Shown here: piece after piece, positions 55,821 through 64,000 of the stretch
Layout of the letters: each line of letters begins with the position of its first letter
How positions within the stretch are numbered: position 1 is the first letter of the stretch
Source: an uncultured Planctomycetaceae bacterium
GTDB taxonomy: Bacteria > Planctomycetota > Planctomycetia > Isosphaerales > Isosphaeraceae
Assembly: GCA_963833985.1 (NCBI GenBank)
Contig: CAWIAD010000002.1
Span: forward strand, 6,581,660-6,645,659
Reading direction: 5' to 3'
DNA: 64,000 nucleotides
Position numbers and translations under genes: made by a program
Notes under the pieces: model-generated
What the model saw: only the letters and a program-made list of their open reading frames with translations
The model's database searches: none
Told to the model about the DNA's origin: nothing

Positions 55821-56756
55821 ATGACATTCGTGAATCGGACCAGCGGTCTGGTCCCCGCCTCGACTGAGCTTTCGAGCTCCCCCAGCAGTCACGCGGTCTC
55901 CTCCCTGACCAATGGCTACTTCCCGACCTTGCAGATCGAGTTGGACAATTCCATAAAGGCATTGTTTTGCTGCATGCGTCCGGAAGGGCGACCAAGCTAC
56001 ACGCCAGAACTACTGCGTGACCTTAGCCGCATGCAGAGCGATATTCATCGAGCGACAGCGAGCGCGGAGCCCTTCCGCTACTTCGTCGTCCGATCGAGCG
56101 TGCCGGGGACCTTCAACCTCGGCGGTGACCTCGAGCTATTCGGGGAGAAAATCCGGGCCGGAGACCGTGAGGCTCTGCGGACCTATGCCTATGCCTGCAT
56201 CGATGTCGTCTATAACAATGCTACCGGCTACGACCGGCGGGTGACCACGGTTGCCCTGGTGCAAGGGACAGCCTTGGGCGGTGGCTTCGAAGCGGCCTTG
56301 TCCTGCCACCACATTATCGCGGAGCGGAGCGCGACGTTTGGTCTACCCGAAGTGCTGTTCAATCTGTTCCCGGGTATGGGCGCCTATTCCTTTCTGTCCC
56401 GGCGGCTGGACGCCGTTCGCGCCGAAAAAATCATCCTCAGTGGCAAGATCTACACTGCGGCGGAGCTCTATGAGATGGGTCTTGTCGACATGCTGGTCGA
56501 CGACGGCGAAGGCAATGGGGCGGTGCGCAGTTATCTTGCCAAGCTTGACCGGCGGCACAACGCTCACCAAGCCGTGTTGCAGGCGCGCCACCGCGTCAAC
56601 CCGCTGACGCGGGAGGAATTGATCGACGTCGTTGACGTCTGGGTCGATGCCGCCATGAATCTCGATGAGGCTGATCTGCGGAAGATGGGGCGCCTGGTGC
56701 GGGCGCAGACGCGCCGGCATGGCGACGGCGCCGAGACGCGTCTGGCTGCCGAATGA
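55821..56756 (+). CDS. rpfF: DSF synthase (crotonase/enoyl-CoA hydratase family)
   Basis: FNLGGDL, VQGTALGGGFEAALS, GLPEVLFNLFPGMGAYSFL (both catalytic Glu) and WVDAAM...RLVRAQ; adjacent to rpfC. Confidence 0.92.
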   Translation: MTFVNRTSGLVPASTELSSSPSSHAVSSLTNGYFPTLQIELDNSIKALFCCMRPEGRPSYTPELLRDLSRMQSDIHRATASAEPFRYFVVRSSVPGTFNLGGDLELFGEKIRAGDREALRTYAYACIDVVYNNATGYDRRVTTVALVQGTALGGGFEAALSCHHIIAERSATFGLPEVLFNLFPGMGAYSFLSRRLDAVRAEKIILSGKIYTAAELYEMGLVDMLVDDGEGNGAVRSYLAKLDRRHNAHQAVLQARHRVNPLTREELIDVVDVWVDAAMNLDEADLRKMGRLVRAQTRRHGDGAETRLAAE

Positions 56757-56871
56757 GGCGGCCAAACGCAGCGCTGGCCTGCTTGGCGGGCGGACCGCCC
56801 CAGGTCGCGCGCTATGAGCCGGCCGGTGCTTGCCCTAAACTGGCACCGCTTAGTCGAGGAGAGAGGCCGTC

Positions 56872-58742
56872 ATGGTTCGAGTTGAGACGCTGCGCCTACC
56901 GGATGGACCGACGGGCGCGGCCGAACTGTTGCCGTCCTGGGATTTGACGGATCTGTATGATGGCATCGATAGCCCAGCCTTGGCGCATGACCTGGCGGTG
57001 GCGCAAGAGCACGCCTCCGCCTTCCGAGTAGACTATGCCGACAAGCTTGCCGCCCTGCCGGCGCGCGGAACTGGCGGCGGCCCTGGGCCGCTACGAGGCA
57101 ATTGAGGAAAGGCTGGGCCGGATCATGTCCTACGCCCAGCTGCTGTTCAGCGGCGACAGTTCGGATGCGACTATCAGCCGCTTCTACCAGTCGATGAGCG
57201 AGCGGGTGACGGAGATCACGACCGATCTCCTGTTCTTCACGCTCGAACTCAATCGGCTGGACGAGGCCGCCCTGGCGGAGAAGGTGGCGGACCCGGCCCT
57301 TGCACCCTGGAAATCATGGCTGCGATGACCTGCGCGTCTTCAAGCCCGCATCAGCTCTCGGATGAAATCGAGACGCTGCTGCATGAGAAGGAGGTCTCCG
57401 GGCGCCAGCGCCTGGAGCCGGCTGTTCGATGAGACCATGGCGGGTTTGCGGGTCACGGTCGGCGAGGATCGGCTGACGGTCAGCGATGCGCTGAACCGCC
57501 TGTCGGATCGTGACCGACGCCGTGCGGCAAGCGGCGGCGCAAGGGATCAGCGCCACCTTCGGCGAGAACATCCGCCTGTTTTCCCTGATCACCAATACCC
57601 TGGCCAAAGACAAGGAGACCACCGACCGCTGGCGGCACTACCCGACCCCGGCCAGCTATCGCAACCGCGTCGAATATGGTCGAGGACGAAGTCGTGGACG
57701 CGCTGGTCGCGGCCGTGGTCGGCGAATTATCCGCGGCTATCCCATCGCTATTACAAGCCTCAAGGCGGGTTGGCTCGGCCTGCCCAAGCTCCAGCATTGG
57801 GACCGCAACGCGCCGCTGCCGGCGGATACCGACCAGAAGGTGACGTGGGATGAGGCGCGCGGCCGCGTCCTTTCGGCCTACGGCGCCTTCAGCCCGGTTC
57901 TGGCTGAAATCGGGCAGCGCTTCTTCGACCAGCCTTGGATCGATGCCGGGCTGCGGCCCGGCAAGTCGGGCGGCGCTTTCGCGCATCCGACGGTGCCCTC
58001 CGTCGCATCCCTATATCCTGCTGAACTACCATGGCCGGACGCGGGACGTGATGACGCTTGCCCATGAACTCGGGCACGGCGTGCATCAGGTCCTGGCGGG
58101 CAGACGCAGGGTTATCTTCGCTCCGGCACGCCGCTGACCCTGGCGGAGACCGCCAGCGTCTTCGGTGAAATGCTGACCTTCCGCGCGATTCTGGACGCCG
58201 AGACCGACCCGCGGCGCCGTCGGCTCATGCTGGCCGGCAAGGTCGAGGACATGCTCAACACCGTGGTGCGGCAGATCGCCTTCTACCGCTTCGAGACCAA
58301 GGTCCACGCCGAGCGGCGCACGGGCGAATTGCTGCCCGACCGTCTGGGCGAGATCTGGATGGAGGTGCAGACTGAAAGCCTGGGGCCGGCCTTCGATTTC
58401 ACCCCGGATTACGCCAGCTATTGGGCCTATATCCCCCATTTCATTCATTCGCCGTTCTATGTTTACGCTTATGCCTTCGGCGATTGCCTGGTGAATGCCC
58501 TCTATGCGGAGTTCCGCCACGGGCATCCGCGCTTCCAGGAGAAATACCTCGACATGCTGCGCGCGGGCGGCACCAAGCGGCACAAGGAGTTGCTGGCGCC
58601 CTTCGGCCTCGATGCGGCCGACCCGGCCTTCTGGGCGCGCGGCCTCGACATCATCGCCGGCTTCATCGACGAGTTGGAGGCGGCAGACGGGCTCGCATCC
58701 GGCGCCGGCGGGGCGAGGATCACGCATGGCGGATCGGGTTGA
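56872..58742 (+). CDS. pepF: M3 family oligoendopeptidase F (multiple frameshifts)
   Basis: LPSWDLTDLY, GKSGGAF, TLAHELGHGVH, LAETAS and IPHFIHSPFYVYAY. Confidence 0.9.
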
Positions 58743-60092
58743 GGGTAAGGAACCGACGCTTTTCGGCAGCGTGCGGCGCTTCGCCCGCACGTCAGGCGCG
58801 GTCGGCGGCATCGCCGCCCGCGTCGCCGGAGAGCGGGTTTTCGGCATCAAGACCGATCGCGCCGCCCATGCCGAGGATCTGAAGCCAGATCCTCGGTGGC
58901 CTCAAAGGGCCGCTGATGAAGGTCGCGCAGATTCCTCACGACGATCCCGGATGCCCTGCCGCCGGAATACGCAGCCGAGCTTTCCGAACTGCAGGCCAAC
59001 GCGCCGCCAATGGGCTGGCCCTTCGTCCGCCGCCGCATGGCGGGGGAACTTGGGCCCGGATTGGCAGTCGCGGTTCCAGAGCTTCGGCCAGGATGCGGCG
59101 GCGGCGGCGAGCCTTGGGCAGGTCCATAAGGCGGTCATGCACGATGGGCAGGTCGTCGCCTGCAAGCTGCAATATCCGGACATGCCGAGCACGGTGGAGG
59201 CCGATCTCCGGCAGCTCAAGATCGCGATGGCGATCTATCACCGCATGGACAACGCCATTCAGCACGACGAGATCTACAAGGAGCTCTCGGAGCGTCTGCG
59301 CGAGGAACTCGACTATCTGCGTGAGGCCGCGCAGATGCGGCTCTATCGTGCGATGCTCGACGATGTGGCGGACGTTCATGTGCCGACGCCGATCGCCGAG
59401 CTGACGACGCCGCGGCTGCTGACGATGACCTGGCTCGATGGCGGCCCGCTCCAGCGCTGGATCGACAGCGACCCGCCGCTGGAGGCGCGCAACCGGGTGG
59501 CCGAGGCGCTGTTCCGCGCCTGGTACGTGCCGTTCTACCGCTACGGCGTCATCCACGGCGACCCGCATCTCGGCAACTACCAGGTGCGGCCGGACGGCGC
59601 GGTGAACCTGCTCGATTTCGGCGCGATCCGCGTCTTCCCGGCGAAATTCGTGCGTGGCGTGATCGACCTGTTCGAGGCTATCCGCGACAATGACGATGAG
59701 AAGGCGGCGCAAGCCTACAGCAACTGGGGGTTCGGCGACATCACCCCGACCAAGGTGACGGTGCTGAATGGCTGGGCGCGGTTCCTCTACGAGCCGCTGC
59801 TGGATGACCGGGTCCGCCGCATCCAGGAGAACGAGGACGGCCAATACGGACGCGACCGTCGCCGAGGGCGTCCATTCCGGGCTGCAAGAGCATTGGGGGC
59901 GTGCGTCCGCCGCGGGAATTCGTGCTGATGGATCGCTCGGCAGTTGGCCTCGGCAGTGTCTTCCTGCGTCTGAAGGCAGAGCTTAACTGGTGGCGCCTCT
60001 ATCATGAGGTGACGGCCGATTTCGACGAGGCGACGGTCGCGCGGCGTCAGTCGGACGCTCTGGCGGCTGCGGGGGTTCCGCCGCCCAAATAG
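58726..60092 (+). CDS. ABC1/UbiB/AarF family atypical kinase (multiple frameshifts)
   Basis: LKGPLMKVAQ, AAASLGQVHKA, KLQYP, EELDY, HGDPHLGN and LDFG. Confidence 0.9.
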
Positions 60093-60165
60093 GGCCCGGA
60101 TTGCATTCCGGTAATCTGGCTTGGTAGGAGGGGCTGTCCCGACAGGGGCGAGCCCGGAGGAAACC

Positions 60166-60390
60166 ATGCCAACTGCGCCGCGTCCACGCGCCACTTACTG
60201 GCGGCTACTGCTCATCATCCCGGTTCTGGCCGTGCTCTGGGTGCCTGCTTTCAATCGAGCCGGTCCTGCGCTCTGGGGCTTTCCGTTCTTCTACTGGTAT
60301 CAGATGCTCTGGGTCATCCTTTGCTCGGTGGTGGCGGCGGGCGTCTTCCTGCTCGAGGAACGCCGCCATCCGACGCGGGATGACGCGTAA
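60166..60390 (+). CDS. DUF3311 small membrane protein (accessory subunit of the SSS transporter)
   Basis: PALWGFPFFYWYQMLW; GGAGG RBS; TAATG overlap with the next gene. Confidence 0.85.
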   Translation: MPTAPRPRATYWRLLLIIPVLAVLWVPAFNRAGPALWGFPFFYWYQMLWVILCSVVAAGVFLLEERRHPTRDDA

Positions 60391-61947
60391 TGGCGCCGCT
60401 CGCTCTGCAGCCTGTGGCGCTCGCCGTCTTTCTCGTTTTATTTGTATTCGTAACGGTCTTGGGTTTCATGGGCGCCCGGTGGCGGCGCGGCGATCGGGAC
60501 ACGCTGCATGAATGGGGGCTGGGCGGCCAGCGCTTCGGCACGCTGATTTCCTGGTTCCTGCTGGGCGGCGATCTCTATACCGCCTACACCTTCGTCGCCG
60601 TGCCCGCGCTTGTCTTCGGCGCGGGGGCCATCGGCTTCTTCGCCGTTCCCTATACCATCATCATCTATCCGATCCTGTTCACGGTGTTTCCCCGGCTTTG
60701 GCGCATCTGCAAGCGGCATGGCTATCTGACCGCGCCGGAATTCGTCCGCGGCCGCTTCGACAGCCCGGCGCTGTCGCTCGCTGTCGCCGTCACCGGAATT
60801 CTGGCGACCATGCCCTATATCGCGCTGCAGCTCGTCGGCATGCAGGTGGTCATCGCCGCCCTCGGGATCGAGGGCTCCGGCATCTGGGCCGACGCGCCGC
60901 TGTTCGTGGCCTTCCTCGTCCTGGCGGCCTTCACCTATACAAGCGGGCTCCGCGCGCCGGCGATCATCGCTGTCGTGAAGGACCTTCTCATCTATGCGAC
61001 GGTCATCGCGGCCGCGATCGTCATCCCGATGCATCTTGGTGGCTGGGGCAAGATCTTCGCAGCCGTGCCGGCCGCCAAGCTGACGCTACCGGTGCCGGGG
61101 GCGGCATACCCTCGGAAGCTACGGCGCCTATGCAACGCTCGCTCTCGGCTCGGCGCTGGCGCTCTTTCTCTATCCTCATTCCATGACGGGCATCCTCGCC
61201 GCCAGCGGCAGCCGGGTGCTCAAGCGGAACGCCGCGCTGCTTCCGATCTACTCGCTGATGCTCGGCGTGCTGGCTCTCATGGGGTTCATGGCGCTTGCCG
61301 AGGGCGTATCGAAGATGCCGCAGTTCGCAGCCGGTTTCGCCCAGTACAAGGGTAACTTCGCGGTCCCGGCTTTGCTGCTCGCCGCCTTCCCGGGCTGGTT
61401 CGCGGGCGTGGCTTTCGCCGCGATCGCCATCGGCGCGCTCGTCCCTGCCTCCATCATGTCGATCGCGACCGCAAACATCTTCACGCGCGACATCTACCGG
61501 GCGTTCCTCAAGCCCCAGGCGACGGACGCGCAGGAATCCGGCATGGCCAAGCTCGTCTCGCTGCTCGTCAAGCTCGGGGCGCTGATGTTCATCCTGGTGC
61601 TGCCTGCCTCGACCGCGATTCAGTTCCAGCTGCTCGGCGGCATCTGGATCATCCAGACGTTGCCCGCGGTCATGCTGGGGCTGTCGCGCATGCGGCTGCG
61701 TCCCGGCGCGCTGCTGGCAGGCTGGGCCTCCGGCATGGTGGTCGGCACGGCGATGGCTGCATCGACGGCATTCAAAAGCGCCATCTTCCCGCTGCATCTC
61801 GCGGGCGGCTTCATCGCCCCCGGCTATGCCGCGCTCTATGCCCTGATCGTCAACCTGATCGTCAGCCTGCTGCTTTCTGCAGTCCTCAACGCCTTGCGCA
61901 AGCCGTCAGGGAGGATGCTCGATCCCGCAGCTCGCTTTGAATTCTGA
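60390..61947 (+). CDS. Sodium:solute symporter family, MctP-like monocarboxylate permease (frameshift ~61105)
   Basis: EWGLGGQRFG, WFLLGGDLYTAYTF, MPYIALQL, SGLRAPA and ALVPASIMSI. Confidence 0.88.
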
Positions 61948-62038
61948 GGCGCGCCGGCCGCTTTCGCCATTGCAGGGGGTTCCCTTCAGGATAGTCGTCC
62001 CGATCTTTCCAGCACAGGGAACAAGAACAGGATGACCG

Positions 62039-63274
62039 ATGGCGCCCGAGGACAGCCCGACCCGCCGCGTCATTTGGCCGCTCCAGGCGCTCAACTTCTT
62101 CATGGCCGACCTCCAGGCGGGGGTCGGTCCGTTCCTTGGAGTTTTTCTGCTCGCTCATCATTGGAATAGCGGTCCGATCGGGACCGTGATGACCTTGGGC
62201 GGCGTCGCCGGGATGGTAATGACCGCGCCTTTCGGAGCCATGGTGGACGCCACAACACGGAAGCGAACCTTCGTCGTCATTCCTGGCATCTGCGCGGTGC
62301 TGGCGGCTCTGCTGATCCTGCTGTCGCAGGGCTTCTGGGTGGTCACACTCTCGCAGGTGGCGACCGCCGTAGCCGGTGCGGCGATTGGCCCAGCCGTCGC
62401 GGGCATGACGCTCGGCATCGCCCGGCAGGCCGGCTTTCCACGCCAGAATGGCCGCAACCAAGCGTACAACCACGCGGGCAATATGGTCGGCGCCGGACTT
62501 TCCGGCATCTTGGGCTGGCAGTTCGGCTTCGAGGCGGTGCTGTGGCTGGCGGCTGCCTTTGGCGTCCTCTCCATCACCTCGGTGCTTCTGGTGCCCGCAG
62601 ATGCGATCGACAACCGCGCCGCGCGCGGCATGAAGGAGGATGGAGACGCGAACGAGCGCGCGAGCGGGATGCGTGTCCTTCTGCAGACGAAGCCGCTCCT
62701 GATCCTGGCCGGCTCACTCGCCTGCTTCCACCTTGGCAACGGCGCGATGTTGCCGCTGTTCAGTATGGCGGTCGTGGCGAACCATCACGTCGGCGCACCG
62801 CTGATCATCGTCGCCGAAACGGTCGTCGTCGCGCAGGCCGTCATGATCGTCGTATCGATCTGGGCCACGCAAACCGCGCAGACGCGCGGCTATTGGATCA
62901 TCATGCTGATCACCTTCATCGCGCTGCCGATCCGCGGCCTCATCGCAAGCGTGATGATGACGCCGGATGGCGTCTATCCAGTGGAAATACTCGATGGAAT
63001 CGGAGCAGGGCTGCAGAGCGTGGCTGTGCCCGGTATCGTTGCACGCGTGCTCAATGGTACGGGCCGCGTCAATGTCGGGCAGGGAGCGGTGATGACGATA
63101 CAGGGGCTTGGAGCATCGCTAAGCCCGGCTCTGGGCGGATGGATCGCGCAAAGCTTGAGCTATCACGCGATGTTCGTCATCCTGGGATGCTTTCCGCTCG
63201 TTTCGATGGCGCTCTGGATCGGCTTCCGGCGCCTTCTGAGGGAGGCATGCGACGGTCCTGGCCGCGCGATCTAG
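62039..63274 (+). CDS. MFS transporter
   Basis: LNFFMADLQAGVGPF, GRNQAYNHAGN, FHLGNGAMLP and GTGRVN; many TM helices. Confidence 0.9.
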   Translation: MAPEDSPTRRVIWPLQALNFFMADLQAGVGPFLGVFLLAHHWNSGPIGTVMTLGGVAGMVMTAPFGAMVDATTRKRTFVVIPGICAVLAALLILLSQGFWVVTLSQVATAVAGAAIGPAVAGMTLGIARQAGFPRQNGRNQAYNHAGNMVGAGLSGILGWQFGFEAVLWLAAAFGVLSITSVLLVPADAIDNRAARGMKEDGDANERASGMRVLLQTKPLLILAGSLACFHLGNGAMLPLFSMAVVANHHVGAPLIIVAETVVVAQAVMIVVSIWATQTAQTRGYWIIMLITFIALPIRGLIASVMMTPDGVYPVEILDGIGAGLQSVAVPGIVARVLNGTGRVNVGQGAVMTIQGLGASLSPALGGWIAQSLSYHAMFVILGCFPLVSMALWIGFRRLLREACDGPGRAI

Positions 63275-63282
63275 TCAGAAGC

Positions 63283-63323
63283 ACCCAGGATACGGACGGC
63301 GTTGCCGCGTCCGCACCCTGGGT
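63283..63323. terminator. GC-rich hairpin between convergent genes
   Basis: ACCCAGG/CCTGGGT and CGGACG/CGTCCG inverted repeats; no clear T-tract. Confidence 0.4.
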
Positions 63324-63334
63324 CCTGCCCGAAG

Positions 63335-63577
63335 TTAGCCGCCGGCGGAGCCGCCGCTCCCGCTACCACCTTGACCGGGGGCGGTCGGCGAAGCGCCGGA
63401 GCTATTCGTTCCAGGTACGGTGCCGGTGACCGGGTTGGTCGGTGCCGAGGATGCCGGTGACGAAGCCGCAGGCGAAGTCATGGCCGGTTCACCCGCCGTC
63501 GTTCCCGGTTGCGAGCAGGCGGCGAGGCCGAAGAGAAGCCCAGCCGCAGGGATGATCAGCGAAAGTCTTCCGAGCAT
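63335..63577 (-). CDS. Small low-complexity lipoprotein
   Basis: Lipobox LAAC followed by a Ser/Pro/Gly/Thr-rich tail; GAGGA RBS. Confidence 0.7.
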   Translation of the reverse strand: MLGRLSLIIPAAGLLFGLAACSQPGTTAGEPAMTSPAASSPASSAPTNPVTGTVPGTNSSGASPTAPGQGGSGSGGSAGG

Positions 63578-63756
63578 AGTGATCCTCACTTTTGGTTTAT
63601 GTTTACGTAACCTACTTGAGGCGGGGGCGTTTCCCGTCAACGAAGCCTGCGGCGCACGATTCCGTGACCGAATAGTGCGATCTGTTCGACAGGGCAGGGA
63701 GCGAGCAGAGGCGCGCCGCGGCGCTACCCGCGGCCTCGAAGCTGGGGTCCGAAGCC

Positions 63757-64000
63757 ATGGAACGCGTGACGGAACTCGAAAGTCTGGGCGCGATCCTGGA
63801 ACAGGCGGACGCCTTCCTGTTGGACCAGTTCGGCACCCTGCATGACGGCATCGCTCTTTATGCCGGCGTGGCGGAGACGATGGCCAGGCTGCGCACTGGC
63901 GGCAAACGGCTGATCATCCTGTCCAATTCGGGCAAGCGCGCCCAACCTAGCGCGGCCCGGCTGGCGGCGATCGGTCTGCCGCCCGCGAGCTATGACGGGT
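63757..64000 (+). CDS. HAD-superfamily class IIA hydrolase (TIGR01459-like), runs off the window end
   Basis: Manual translation: FLLDQFGTLHDG...LIILSNSGKR. Confidence 0.85.
   Translation, partial: MERVTELESLGAILEQADAFLLDQFGTLHDGIALYAGVAETMARLRTGGKRLIILSNSGKRAQPSAARLAAIGLPPASYDG

Noticed and set aside
60166..61947. DUF3311 + SSS pair as a novel system
   Set aside because: Small-subunit plus SSS permease pairs (MctP-type) are already known
1..64000. Numerous frameshifts as programmed frameshifting or mass pseudogenisation
   Set aside because: They affect conserved genes (katE, recN, pepF), often in G/C runs, and lack slippery-site context. Long-read indel error explains them more simply.
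1..64000. Many long antisense or alternate-frame ORFs (e.g. 22716..24881 -, 36996..38984 +, 43406..44884 -, 9365..10789 -)
   Set aside because: Shadow ORFs typical of high-GC DNA; they overlap genes with clear motifs and show none of their own

Overview
GC-rich bacterial sequence with many single-base indels, which fits an unpolished long-read or metagenomic contig. It appears to be two different genomes joined at about 50.95 kb. Bases 1 to about 50,955 look planctomycete-like (DUF1559, DUF1570, ECF sigma factor with Ser/Thr kinases, WD40 and TPR proteins). This part carries two divergent serine hydrolases, a decayed integrase/transposon patch beside an alpha/beta hydrolase and a GH5 glycosidase, carbohydrate-related genes, katE with an atypical hemerythrin, an ECF sigma flanked by two kinases, a 2123-aa repeat membrane protein, a degenerate patatin, dnaB and a 5'-truncated recN. 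From about 50,975 to the end the sequence looks alphaproteobacterial. It carries a diffusible-signal-factor (DSF) quorum-sensing locus of unusual design: rpfF divergent from a REC-PAS-GGDEF-EAL gene and rpfC, with no HD-GYP RpfG. Oligoendopeptidase F, an ABC1/UbiB kinase, a DUF3311+SSS transporter pair, an MFS transporter, a lipoprotein and a HAD hydrolase follow. No rRNA, tRNA or CRISPR array was seen. All family assignments come from motif recognition, not database searches.
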